Origin: an uncultured Nitrospiraceae bacterium
GTDB lineage: Bacteria > Nitrospirota > Thermodesulfovibrionia > Thermodesulfovibrionales > Dissulfurispiraceae
Length of the DNA stretch: 64,000 bases
Assembly (NCBI GenBank): GCA_963705105.1
Contig: CAVPIW010000014.1
Coordinates: forward strand, 64,001 to 128,000
Reading direction: 5' to 3'
Positions 17,338-28,762 of this stretch are shown here, piece after piece. A program made the position numbers and the translations under genes. The notes below the pieces were generated by a model. The model was given only the letters and a program-made list of their open reading frames with translations, searched no databases and had not been told where the DNA came from. Each line of letters starts with the position of its first letter. Position 1 is the stretch's first letter.

Positions 17338-20300
17338 TTAAGGGAGGATGGCCGCGATTGCAGCCACCTGAGTCGGCGTCAAGGCGCTCAACGTCCCCCT
17401 TCCCATGCCTCCGGTATTGTTGTTGATGGCGTTCTGTATGTCACCTGCAATAATACCCGCACCAGCAAAATCCCAATTGGGCAACTGGCCGTGACAGGAC
17501 GTGACAGTTGCTGTGCATACAGAATCGTTCCGTTCGTCTCTGCCTGTGTCGCAGGAAGCACACCCGCGATCGCCGCCACCTGAGCCGGCGTCAAAGCGCT
17601 CAACGTCCCCCTTCCCATCACACCGCCGTCATTGCCGTTGATGGCGCGCTGAATCTCATTCGCCGTCGCGCCGGCCTTCGTCGATGTGGCGAGTGGGTTG
17701 TGGCAGGACGCGCAGTTGTTCGCATAAAGAGTCGCCCCGTCCGCCGCTGCTTGTGTCGCAGGAAGCACGGCTACGATCGCCTGCACCTGAGCCGCCGTCA
17801 GGACGCTTAACGTCCCCCGACCCATGCCTCCGGTATTACCGTTGATGGCGGCCTGGACCTCGACCGCTGACGCACCGGCCTTCGCCGATGTGGCGAGCGG
17901 GTTGTGGCAGGACGCGCAGTTGTCTCCATACAGAGTGGCACCGTCCGTTGCTGCCTGCTGCAGGGGAAGCGCATTAATGATCAACTGGACCTGTGCAGCC
18001 GTCAGAGTGTTCAGCCCTCCCATGCCGCCGACATTGCCGTTGATGGCGGCCTGGACCTCTGCCGCTGACGCACCGGCCTTCGCAGTCGTGGCGAGCGGCT
18101 TGTGACAGGACGCACAATTGACTCCATAGAGACCCGGTCCGTCCGTAGGCAACGCCTGAGCATTAAGCACTGTGGCGATGTTCTGCACCTGAACCGCCGT
18201 AAGGCTCAGCAGCACCGGCGTTCCCATTCCTCCCACATTGCCATTGATGGCGGTCTGGATCGCCCCTGCCGTCGTGCCAAGCTTCGCTGACGTGGCGAGC
18301 GGGTTATGGCAGGACGCGCAGTTGTTCGCATAGAGTACCGTTCCGTCCGTCGTCGCGGGCGGAGGAGGAGGTGCCTGAGCATTAAGCACTGTGGCGATGT
18401 TCTGGACCTGAACCCCGAAGGCTCAGCAGCACCGGCGTTCCCATGCCTCCCACATTGCCATTGATGGCGGTCTGGATGGCCCCTGCCGTCGTGCCGAGCT
18501 TCGCTGACGTGGCGAGCGGGCTATGGCAGGACGGCAGTTCTTTGCATAGAGAGTCGTTCCGTCCGTCGTCGCGGGCGGAGGAGGCGGCGCCTGAGCATTA
18601 AGCACTGTTGCGATCGTCTGGACCTGAACTGCCGAGAGACTTTTCAGTATTGGCGTTCCCATGCCTCCGGTCCCAGCGTCGATGGCGCCCTGGATGGCCG
18701 CTGCCGTTGTGCCGAGCTTCGCTGAGGTAGCAAGCGGGCCGTGGCAGGATGCGCATCCCTGGGCATAGAGAGTCGCCCCGTCCGTCGTTGTGGGCGGAGG
18801 AGGAGGCGCCTGTCTACCAAGCACGTCGGCAATGGCCTGGACCTGTGCCGCAGAAAGGCTGCTGAGTCCGCCCATGCCTCCGACACCAGCGTCGATGGCG
18901 GCCTGGATGGCCCCAGCCGTTGTGCCGAGCCTTGTTTGAAGCATGCAGCGGGCCATGGCAGGACGCGCAGGCGTCGTTATAGAGAGTGGCCCCGTCCGTC
19001 GCTGTCGATGCCGGAGGAGGCGCCTGCTTTGCAAGCACATCAGCGATCGCCTTTACCTGAGCCGCCGTGAGGCTCTTCAGTCCTCCCATGCCGCCGACGT
19101 TGCCGTCGATGGCGTCCTGGGTGCGCTTCGCTGTTGCGCCGGCCTTCTTTGACGCGGTGAGGGGGCCGTGGCAGGACGCGCAGTTCTGTGCGTACAGCTT
19201 TGCACCATCCGGCGGCCCGATGACCACTTCCGTCTTCCACATATAGTAGGTGTTTATCATACCTTCAGGCGCTGCAAGCAGATAGAAGGTATATATCCCC
19301 TGGGGCAGCGTATCGATGGGAACGTTGTCCATCAGTGTCTCGCTGATCGGTTCTTTAACGCCCTTCTTCCAGGGAACAAATCCCGCAGACAACGGCTGCA
19401 GCGAATTGTCCGGTCCCAGCACGAATATATTGTTATCCAGTGTCGACAGTGACATCGCAAAATAGATGTCCATAAAGCCCGTGAAACTCCCGATGTCCAC
19501 CATGATGCTCAAAGTGCCGCCACCCTGGGCCGCTGCGCCTAAACCGATCGGCTTGGACTCCGCAGGCTTGGATGACATGACCGGGAAATCAACGGCCTCA
19601 TAGGTATATGCCTTCGGAAGGAAGGGCATGGACATGGCGACTGACGGCGCAGCCTGTCTCGCGACTAATGCTTCGGCAATGGCCTGGACCTGCGTGGCCG
19701 TGAGGCCTCTCATGCCCGGCGTTCCCATTCCCCCGACGTTACCGTCTATGGCAGCCTGAATCTGCTCCGCAGTCCTTCCTTTCTTGCTGGAGCCCGCAAG
19801 AGGAGAGTGACAGGATGCGCAATGCTGAGCATACAGATCATCCCCTTCTCCTTCATCTTCAACGGCAGCCTCACCGGCTCCCAGGATGAATTCCGTCAGG
19901 TACAGGTAGTAGCGGCTGAAGTCGTTTGCGGGGGTTATGAACGTCCCCACGACGTACTGGCCGGGAGGCAGCAGCGATTTGGGCACATTGGAAAAGAGGA
20001 CCTCATTGACGGGGCCTGTGATCCCCTTTTTCCAGGCGACAAATCCGGCCGTGGCAGGGACAATCGTATAGTCCTCACTGATGAAGTACATGATGGACGG
20101 ATCGATTGTCGGGATATAGATCACCATGTACACGTCTACGGCTTCTGAAAACGTGCCTATCCCGGCGTGGATGTTAAATATATCCCCTCCCGTTGCCAGA
20201 GGACCGAGACCCACCGGCCTCGATTGTGCAGGGTCGGAGCTCACGAAAGGCAACGACATAGGGTCAAAGGAATAAACCTCCTGCCCTGCCGGCATTGGTA

Positions 20301-20395
20301 TCGTTTGGCCCTGCCGCCGTCAGCGGATAGGCGATGCCGATTGTGGTCACGATAAAAGCCACAATGAACACGGCTCCCCAGTGTCTCTTTTTCAT
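17338..20395 (-). CDS. Secreted tethered multi-domain c-type cytochrome, 10 monoheme repeats (frameshifted as assembled)
   Basis: Signal peptide, two non-heme beta domains, ten LYxxNCxxCH...GGMG repeats reconstructed across indels near 20307, 18940, 18535, 18415 and 17505. Confidence 0.8.
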
Positions 20396-20914
20396 GCTTC
20401 CCTCCTCAATGTGGCGCCCGATAACACGAGCACCAGTTCTGACTCGATACGAAGTATGTCTTTACATCTCCCCCTCAAAGTTCACCCCCAAATAGTCGAC
20501 ATTAAACTTATAAATTCACTTTCAAAACTCATGCCTGGCTCGAATGAGATTATATCTAATTGATTTTTAGTATATTTTATTTTCCACGAAGGAATGTTTG
20601 GCATGAGCACGGCCGATGGTGAATGTTTTTCCCTTCTTTTCCCCGGTGGGTCTTTGCGGTCCCGACGGCTTCGTCAAAGGAGATGCCGTATTGACGCCAT
20701 TTGGTGTGATGCAAGCTAAAAAGGAAAAACAGCGTGGAAAGACGCAGGGGTGCGTGAAATTACGCAGTAGCAAGAATCTTATAAAGTTTAAATTTACACC
20801 TTTTGGAGAAAGGCTATGAAATACCTACATTCCTGCGCAACGTGACCCCGACGTAAATCACCTTCATGCCGACCTGCTCCCGGCGACCTGCGGGATATCC
20901 ACCAGTCGACCCGG

Positions 20915-21274
20915 CTAACCGACGAGTCCGTAAAGTCTCCAGGTGTCCTCCGGAAGGGGGACCCACTTCGGCGCGTAGAAGTGATGGCCGTCCCACTGCA
21001 GGAGGGCCTGCTCATAGGCTTCGCCCAGAGATACGGGATTGGCCCTCCCCGGAGGGTGATGAAGGATCCAGACGATGTTCTCGACGGGGATGTCCCTCAG
21101 GTACATCGTATAGATCTCCGTCGCCAGGTGCTCGATGATGGTCGAGATGGAAACGCCCCTTCCTCCCGGAAGTTCGGGGAAGATGATCATGAGGGTGTTG
21201 TCGGCGGTCTTCCTCACCTCGGCGCCGAATCGCGACCGAAGGGCATGGATGACATGGATGTTCAGGCCGTCCAT
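20915..21274 (-). CDS. Hypothetical protein
   Basis: 119-aa ORF with GC-typical codon usage between the duplicated units. Confidence 0.65.
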   Translation of the reverse strand: MDGLNIHVIHALRSRFGAEVRKTADNTLMIIFPELPGGRGVSISTIIEHLATEIYTMYLRDIPVENIVWILHHPPGRANPVSLGEAYEQALLQWDGHHFYAPKWVPLPEDTWRLYGLVG

Positions 21275-21422
21275 AGTCCCACCATAACATACAAGGAATC
21301 ATCCATAATAAATGTTGTCGCCATTCCGTATTATATCACCTGTGAGGACAGAGTTTGCCTCATCGTTGCAAGACACTCCCTGAAAAGGCGGGGTGTATGC
21401 GCCGAAAACCGCACTCATTCGC

Positions 21423-21452
21423 AAAAAAGAAGGGGGGCATCTCTGCCCCCCG
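21423..21452 (-). terminator. Rho-independent terminator of cytochrome copy 1
   Basis: Same hairpin and T tract as 17281-17310. Confidence 0.75.
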
Positions 21453-21480
21453 GTTATTTGTTATATAATGTGCTGTGCCT

Positions 21481-24136
21481 TTAAGGCAGCACACTTGCGA
21501 TCGCACTCACCTGGTCCGGATTCAAGGCTCTCAATGTCCCCCGACCCATGAAGCCCCTGATGGGGTTTCCGGTGTTGTTGTCGATGGCGTTCTGTATGTC
21601 ACCTGCAATAATGCCCGCACCCGCAAACTCCCAATTGGGTCCCAGCGGGCCGTGACAGTCCGCACAGTTATTTGCATACAGAGTCGCTCCGTCCGTCGCT
21701 GCCTGCGTGGCAGGAAGCACGGCCTGAATCGCCGCCACCTGAGTCGGCGTCAAGACCCTCAACGTCCCCCTCTCCATAACTATGCTGCCGTTCCTGGGAG
21801 GGGTGGTGCCGTTGATTACGGCCTGGATTTCAGCCGCCGAGGCGCCCGCCTTCGTTGATGTGGCGAGCGGGCCGTGGCAGGAGGCGCAGTTCTGCCCATA
21901 CAGAGTCGGCCCGTCCAGCAGCAGCGTTGTTCCGTCCGGCGCAAACTGCTGCGGCGGCAGCGCAGCGGCGATCAGTGTCACCTGGTCTCCCGTAAGAACG
22001 GGTGGTTTCAGTGTGCCCATGCCGCCGGTATTACCGTTGATGGCGGCCTGGACCTCAGCCGCCGAGGCGCCCGCCTTTGCTGAGTTGGCGCGAGGGTTGT
22101 GACAGGATGCGCAATTAACACTATAAAGACCCGGTCCGTCTGTAGGCTGCGCCTGCGTTGCAAGGACAGCGGCGATCGCTGTCACCTGCTCTCCCGTAAG
22201 AACGGTTTTCAGTCCTCCCATGAATCCCACGGTGGCATTTCCAACATTGTTGTCGATGGCGGTCTGGATCTGAGTCGCCGTTCTGCCCGGCTTTGTTGTC
22301 GAGGCAAGGGGGCCGTGGCAGGACGCGCAGTTATCCGCATAGAGAACCGTTCCGTCCAACGTGGTTGCTGGAGCAGGCAGCACACCCGCGATGGCTGCCA
22401 CCTGTGCCGGCGTGAGAATGCTCAGTCCACCCATGTTGCCGCCGGCATTACTGTCGATGGCGGCCTGGATCGCCGCGGCCGTTCTGCCCTTCTTCGTTGT
22501 CGACGCGAGGGGCCCGTGACAGGACGCGCAGTTATCCGCATAGAGAACCGTTCCGTCCAACGTGGTCGCTGGAGCAGGCAGCACACCCGCGATGGCTGCC
22601 ACCTGTGCCGGTGTGAGGCTTTTCAGTCCTCCCATGCCGCCAGTGTTGCTGTCGATGGCGGTCTGGATCTGCGGGGCCGTTCTGCCCTTCTTCGTTGTCG
22701 AGGCGAGGGGGCCGTGGCAGGACGCGCAGTTCTCCGCATAGAGAACCGTTCCGTCCAGCGTGGTCGCTGGAGCAGGCAGCACACCCGCGATGGCTGCCAC
22801 CTGTGCCGGTGTGAGGCTTTTCAGTCCTCCCATGCCGCCAGTGTTGCTGTCGATGGCGGTCTGGATCTGCGGGGCCGTTCTGCCTTTCTTCGTTGTCGAC
22901 CGAGGGGCCCGTGACAGGACGCGCAGTTCTGTGCATACAGCTTTGCACCGTCCGGCGGCCCGATGATCACTTCCGTCTTCCACATATAGTAGGTGTTTAT
23001 CATACCTTCAGGCGCTGCAAGCAGATAGAAGGTATATATCCCCTGGGGCAGCGTATCGATGGGAACGTTGTCCATCAGTGTCTCGCTGATCGGTTCTTTA
23101 ACTCCCTTCTTCCAGGGAACAAATCCCGCAGACAACGGCTGCAGCGAATTGTCCGGTCCCAGCACGAATATATTGTTATCCAGAGTCGACAGAGACATCG
23201 CAAAATAGATGTCCATAAAGCCCGTGAAACTCCCGATGTCCACCATGATGCTCAAGGTGCCGCCACCTTGGGCCGCTGCGCCTAAACCGATCGGCTTGGA
23301 CTCGGCAGGTTTGGACGACATGACCGGGAAATCGACGGGTTCGTAGGTAAATGTCTTCGGAAGGAAGGGCATGGAAATGGCGACTGACGGCGCAGCCTGT
23401 CTCGCGACTAAGGCTTCGGCAATGGCCTGGACCTGCGTGGCCGTGAGGCCTCTCATGCCCGGAGTTCCCATTCCCCCGACGTTACCGTCTATGGCAGCCT
23501 GTATCTGCGCCGCAGTCCTTCCTTTCTTGCTGGAGCCCGCAAGAGGAGAGTGACAGGATGCGCAATGCTGAGCATACAGATCATCCCCTTCTCCGTCAAC
23601 TTCAGCGGCAGTCTCACCGGCGCCCATGATGAATTCCGTCAGGTACAGGTAGTAACGGCTGAAGTCGTTTGCGGGGGTTATGAACGTCCCCACGACATAC
23701 TGGCCCGGAGGCAGCAGCGATTTGGGCACATTGGAAAAGAGGACCTCATTAACGGGACCTGTGATCCCCTTCTTCCAGGCGACAAATCCCGCCGTGGCAG
23801 GGACAATCGTATAGTCCTCACTGATGAAGTACATATGGACGGATCGATTGTCGGGATGTAGAGGACCATGTACACGTCCACGGATTCCGAAAACGTGCCT
23901 ACCCCGGCGTGGATGTTAAATATATCCCCTCCCGTTGCCAAAGGACCGAGACCCACCGGCCTCGATTGTGCAGGGTCGGAGCTCACGAAAGGCAAAGACA
24001 AAGGGTCAAAGGAATAGACTTCCTGTCCTGCCGGCATTGGTATCGTTTGCCCTGCCGCCGTCAGCGGACAGGCGATGCCCATTGTGGTCACGATGAAAGC
24101 CACTATGAACACGGCTCCCCAGTGTCTCTTTTTCAT
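21481..24136 (-). CDS. Secreted tethered multi-domain c-type cytochrome, 8 monoheme repeats (two single-base frameshifts)
   Basis: ORFs 23678-24136, 22821-23834 and 21481-22983 join by restoring single bases near 23833 and 22900; 8 CxxCH motifs. Confidence 0.82.
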
Positions 24137-24472
24137 TCTTCCCTCCTAAATGTGGCGCCCGATAACGCGAGCACCAGTTCTGACTCAATACGAAGTATGT
24201 CTTTACATCTCCCCCTCAAAATTCACCCCCAAATAGCCGACACTAAACTTATAAATTTACTCTCAAAACTCATGCCTGGTTCGAATGAGATCATAACTAG
24301 TATGAATTATAGTCTTTTATATTTTCCACAAAGAAATGTTTGGCATGAGCACGGCCGATGGTGAATGTTTTTCCCTTCTTTTCCCCGGTGAGTCTTTGCA
24401 GCCCCGACGGCTTCATCAAAGGAGATGCCGTATTGACGCCATTTGGTGAGATGCAAGCTAAAAAGGGAAAAC

Positions 24473-24508
24473 TGCGTGAAATAACGCAGTGGTGCGTGAA
24501 ATTACGCA
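24473..24508. promoter_or_regulatory. Tandem palindromic activator sites TGCGT-N6-ACGCA
   Basis: Two sites 20 bp apart; conserved counterpart at 20731-20766. Confidence 0.5.
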
Positions 24509-24735
24509 CCAACAAAGAATATTCTAAAGTTATAAGTTTCGGTTGTTGGAGAAAGGCTATGAAATACCTACATTCCTGAACAACGTGACCCTGACATGAA
24601 GCACCTTGATGCCGACCTGCTCCCGGCGACCTGCGGGATATCCACCAGTCGGCCCGGCTAACCGACGAGCCCGTAAAGCTCCCCGCGGGAGGAAATTATG
24701 CATCGGCTCAGCGGCTTCCGGGAGCTTTGCCTCAT

Positions 24736-24935
24736 CGTTGCAAGACACTCCCTGAAAAGGCGGGGTGTATGCGCCGAAAACCTTGCTGCGGCGACACCAT
24801 AACTCTCACAGAAGACAACCTTTCAAACCAATGGTCGACCACACAAAGAGTGGAATCCTGAAAGACAAACCTGGCGAGGCTTATCGTCGCCTTCAGCAAG
24901 GCTTTGAGGCGTTTCGCCACGCCTTTCTATGCAAC
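24736..24935 (+). repeat. Repeat family A variant
   Basis: Same termini and left arm as 15701, different right arm; truncated copy at 21364-21410. Confidence 0.8.
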
Positions 24936-25022
24936 TGCAAGGTAAACAGACTCTGAATAATCTGACCGGATGCCCAGACCGTCGGCCTCTTCACTCGCAG
25001 CGGCAATTCGCGCGAGGAATTC

Positions 25023-25066
25023 ACCTTGAAATATCGGTTGACATAACCGATATTTCAAGGTAGGCT
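25023..25066 (+). promoter_or_regulatory. Perfect 17-bp inverted repeat overlapping a sigma70 promoter
   Basis: ACCTTGAAATATCGGTT-GACAT-AACCGATATTTCAAGGT; TTGACA-17-TAGGCT. Confidence 0.7.
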
Positions 25067-25072
25067 ATTCAC

Positions 25073-26227
25073 ATGACTGAGAGGGTCCGGGACATAAAAG
25101 CTCTTCTTTCTCTTCTGAAGCGTTACCGTGTCGTCGGTATCATCGGGGCCCGGCAGGTCGGAAAGACGACTCTGGCCCGTTCTCTTTTGAAGCAAATACC
25201 GGGCGCCTCTGTTTATTTCGATCTTGAGAATCCGGAGCATTTGGCGCGGCTTGCCGATCCGATGCTCGCTTTCAAGGGGTTAAAGGGACTTGTTGTCATA
25301 GATGAGATACAGCGCTTACCCGAATTGTTTCCCGTTCTGAGAGTGCTTGTGGACCGCCCGAAGTCGCCTGCCCGCTTTCTGGTCCTCGGAAGCGCATCTC
25401 CCGAACTCCTCAGGCAGGGGTCTGAGTCACTCGCGGGCCGTATTGCCTACTATGAGCTCGGCGGCTTTTCGCTGGGCGACGTAGGCATAAAGAATTATCG
25501 GCGTCTGTGGCTTCGGGGAGGGTTCCCCCGGTCGTATCTTGCATCCTCCGATACAACCAGTGAAGAGTGGCTTCGCAGATTTATACAGACTTTTCTTGAA
25601 AGAGACCTTCCGCAGTTGGGGATCGCCATCCGGTCAACGACAATGCATCGGTTCTGGAGTATGCTTGCACATTATCACGGCCAGGTATGGAATGCCTCCG
25701 AATTCGGACGGTCTTTCGGCGTTGCCGATACCACTGTCCGGAACTATCTGGATTTGTTGTCGTCGGCGTTGGTTGTGCGGCAGTTGCTGCCATGGCATGA
25801 GAACATCTCAAAACGCCAGGTTAAATCACCGAAGGTCTATATTGCAGACAGCGGACTGCTTCATGCGTTACTCGGCATCAAGGCCCTGAGAGACCTCGAA
25901 ATGCACCCCAAGGTCGGGGCGTCATGGGAAGGATTCGTCATCGAGCAACTCACCCGTCTGATGGGCTTCAGGAGGGAGGATTGCTTCTTCTGGGCAACCC
26001 ACGCGGGCGCAGAACTCGACCTCCTCGTGATCAAGGGCAGGGAGAGGCTGGGCTTTGAAGTCAAGCTTACGAGCGCCCCACAAGTGACACCCTCGATGCG
26101 AAGCGCTATTTCAGACCTGAAATTGAACCGTCTCTATGTCATCCACTCAGGAGAAGAGACGTTTCAGCTTGGGAAAGACATCGAGGCGCTCGCGTTGCCG
26201 GAGATGTGGAAGGGCCTCAGGGCCTGA
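25073..26227 (+). CDS. AAA+ ATPase with DUF4143 C-terminal domain
   Basis: GARQVGKT Walker A, IDEIQ Walker B, RGGFP, KSPKVYIADSG, ELDLL...FEVK. Confidence 0.92.
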   Translation: MTERVRDIKALLSLLKRYRVVGIIGARQVGKTTLARSLLKQIPGASVYFDLENPEHLARLADPMLAFKGLKGLVVIDEIQRLPELFPVLRVLVDRPKSPARFLVLGSASPELLRQGSESLAGRIAYYELGGFSLGDVGIKNYRRLWLRGGFPRSYLASSDTTSEEWLRRFIQTFLERDLPQLGIAIRSTTMHRFWSMLAHYHGQVWNASEFGRSFGVADTTVRNYLDLLSSALVVRQLLPWHENISKRQVKSPKVYIADSGLLHALLGIKALRDLEMHPKVGASWEGFVIEQLTRLMGFRREDCFFWATHAGAELDLLVIKGRERLGFEVKLTSAPQVTPSMRSAISDLKLNRLYVIHSGEETFQLGKDIEALALPEMWKGLRA

Positions 26228-26300
26228 GATAGAGGTTTAGAACGAGGACCCTCCGCAGACCTCTTTCGGTTCTTCTTCATCGCCTCACCTTTCACAGCCG

Positions 26301-27833
26301 TCACACCTGTCCCCTGTCGAGGGTCCTGTACTGGATCGCCTCGCCCACATGATGGGCCTGGATGTCATCCGCTCCGTCGAGGTCGGCGATGGTCCTGGAG
26401 ACCTTGAGAATCCGGGAATAGGCCCTGGCGCTGAGTCCCAGGCGCTGCATGGCCCCGTCGAGGATCCGGTGGGCCTCCTCCGTCAGCCTGCAGTATTTTT
26501 TTATATGGCGTGTCTTCATCTGCCCGTTGGCGAATATCCTGTCGCCGCTGAACCTCTGCAACTGACGGTTCCGCGCATCCACGACCCGCATCCGTATGCT
26601 CTCCGATCTCTCACCCGTGTACTCGTCGGAGAGTTCCTTGTAGGGCACCGCCGGCACATCGACATGGAGGTCGATGCGGTCCATGAGGGGACCGGAGACC
26701 CTGGAACGATAGCGGTTAATCATCCCGGGCGTGCATGTGCATTGGTGGCGCGCATCGCCGAAGTACCCGCAGGGACAGGGGTTCATCGCCGCGACGAGGA
26801 CGAACTGGGCGGGATAGGTGACCGTCGCCACGGCCCGTGAAACGGTGACGACGCCGTTTTCGAGGGGCTGCCGGAGCACCTCGAGGACGTTCCGCTTGAA
26901 CTCGGGCAGCTCGTCGAGGAAGAGGATGCCGTGATGGGCCAGGGACACCTCTCCCGGCCGCGGTATCTGACCGCCGCCGATGAGCGCCACGTCCGAGATG
27001 GTATGGTGCGGAGACCGGAAAGGACGGATGGCGAGAAGCGGCTGGCCGCTCCTGAGCATGCCGGCGACGCTGTGGATCTTCGTCGTATCCAGCGCCTCTT
27101 CAAAGGTCATGGGAGGAAGGACCGTCGGCAGCCTCCTGGCGAGCATCGTCTTGCCGCTTCCCGGGGCTCCGACCATGAGGATGTTGTGCGAGCCGGCGGC
27201 AGCGACTTCCAGCGCCCGCTTTGCGTGCTCCTGGCCCTTCACATCGGAAAAATCGTCCTCATAGACGGAATTCTCCGACATGGCGGCATCGATGTCGACG
27301 CGGAAGGACTCCCGGTGGGCTATGCCCCCGAGAAATTCGATCACCTCCGGGAGGCTTTCGAGGCCGAACACGTCGATGCCCTTCACCACGGCGGCTTCCG
27401 CCGCATTCTCCCTCGGCAGGATGATGCCCCTCAGGCCGAGACGGAGTGCCTCCAGGGCCATGGGCAGCGCCCCTCTCACCGGCTTGAGCGTCCCGTCCAG
27501 GGAGAGCTCGCCGGAGAGGATGAAATCGTTGAGTGCGACGGAGGGAATGATCCCTTCCGCCGCGACGATCCCGATGGCGATGGGCAGGTCGAAGGAGGAC
27601 CCTTCCTTCTTCAGGTCCGCCGGGGCGAGGTTGATGGTGATCTGCTTCATGGGGAAGGAGAAGCCTATATTCTTCAGGGCCGCCTTGATCCTGTCCTTGC
27701 TCTCCTTCACGGCGGCATCGGGCAGCCCGACCATCGAAAAATGGGGGAGCCCCTTGAGGGCGAGGTCTACTTCGACCTCGATGAGGCTGGCGTCAATGCC
27801 GATGACAGATGCACTGAGAGCCCTGGACAGCAT
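26301..27833 (-). CDS. comM: YifB/ComM family Mg-chelatase-like AAA ATPase
   Basis: VGLPDAAVKES, GAPGSGKT, PGEVSLAHHG, NPCPCG. Confidence 0.92.
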   Translation of the reverse strand: MLSRALSASVIGIDASLIEVEVDLALKGLPHFSMVGLPDAAVKESKDRIKAALKNIGFSFPMKQITINLAPADLKKEGSSFDLPIAIGIVAAEGIIPSVALNDFILSGELSLDGTLKPVRGALPMALEALRLGLRGIILPRENAAEAAVVKGIDVFGLESLPEVIEFLGGIAHRESFRVDIDAAMSENSVYEDDFSDVKGQEHAKRALEVAAAGSHNILMVGAPGSGKTMLARRLPTVLPPMTFEEALDTTKIHSVAGMLRSGQPLLAIRPFRSPHHTISDVALIGGGQIPRPGEVSLAHHGILFLDELPEFKRNVLEVLRQPLENGVVTVSRAVATVTYPAQFVLVAAMNPCPCGYFGDARHQCTCTPGMINRYRSRVSGPLMDRIDLHVDVPAVPYKELSDEYTGERSESIRMRVVDARNRQLQRFSGDRIFANGQMKTRHIKKYCRLTEEAHRILDGAMQRLGLSARAYSRILKVSRTIADLDGADDIQAHHVGEAIQYRTLDRGQV

Positions 27834-28716
27834 CCCTCTGAACAAATCTCCGCTGGATGTCATTGATGATTTCCTGCCTGTTCTTCCCCCACTGGGGTGC
27901 GATGAGAATCTCGTCGGGCGCCGTCGCAAAGAGGCGCTGGAGAACGATGTCCGGGGAGAGTCGGACGATGAAGTCGACGAGGAAGTCGAGGTACTCCCCG
28001 TAGCCGAAGGTATGGAAGGGACTCCGTATATATTCCTCAGCCAGCGGCGTCTCCCTGACGATCTGGAGCTGGTGGATTTTCAGGAAACCCACGGGGAGCC
28101 CCGAGAGCTCATCGGCCATGGCGAGGGTCTCGTCCCTCGTCTCCGTGGGGAACCCGACGATTATATGAGCGCCGATATGGATCCCGCGGCCGACGGTAAG
28201 GTTGACGGCATCGAGAAAAGACGCGTAGTTGTGTCCCCTCCTGATGTATTCAAGGGACTTGTCATAGACCGACTGCAGCCCGTATTCCATGAGCATGAAA
28301 TGGTCTTTTGCAAAACCCCCGATCATGGCGATCTTCTCTTCATCGATACAATCAGGGCGGGTGCCGATGGCGAGACCGACGACGTCGGGAGTGGAGAGGG
28401 CCTCCCTGTAGAGAGGTTCAAGGACTTCCACCGGGGCATATGTGTTAGTGAAGGGCTGAAAGTAGACGAGAAACTTCTGCGCCCGGTACCGTCCCGAGAG
28501 ATACTGGATGCCGTTCCTGATCTGTTCTCTCAGGGACTGCTGGGGCCTGCACTGGGAGGGCCTGAAGCTGTCATTATTGCAGTAGGTGCATCCCGTGACC
28601 CCGAGGGTGCCGTCCCTGTTGGGGCATGTAAAACCTGCATCGACGTTGACCTTGTAGACGACGGTGCCGAAGGTCCGCTTGAGGAAAGATCCGAATGTGT
28701 TATAACGTACAACCAC
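27793..28716 (-). CDS. TIGR01212 (YhcC) radical SAM protein
   Basis: GFTCPNRDG...GCTYC, YFQPFTNTY, IGTRPDC. Confidence 0.9.
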   Translation of the reverse strand: MVVRYNTFGSFLKRTFGTVVYKVNVDAGFTCPNRDGTLGVTGCTYCNNDSFRPSQCRPQQSLREQIRNGIQYLSGRYRAQKFLVYFQPFTNTYAPVEVLEPLYREALSTPDVVGLAIGTRPDCIDEEKIAMIGGFAKDHFMLMEYGLQSVYDKSLEYIRRGHNYASFLDAVNLTVGRGIHIGAHIIVGFPTETRDETLAMADELSGLPVGFLKIHQLQIVRETPLAEEYIRSPFHTFGYGEYLDFLVDFIVRLSPDIVLQRLFATAPDEILIAPQWGKNRQEIINDIQRRFVQRDAVQGSQCICHRH

Positions 28717-28762
28717 TTCTTCATTATTCCGCTTTGCCCGATTGCATGTCAAATGACTGGAA

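Noticed and set aside
20461..20477. Start-stop minigene (GAGGGGGAG-ATG-TAA) in both cytochrome leaders
   Set aside because: Conservation is explained by the recent duplication; no independent support
20400..20560. GEMM (cyclic dinucleotide) riboswitch upstream of the PgcA-like genes
   Set aside because: No GGCAAAC...GAAA...GCAAAG core seen on the minus strand in either copy
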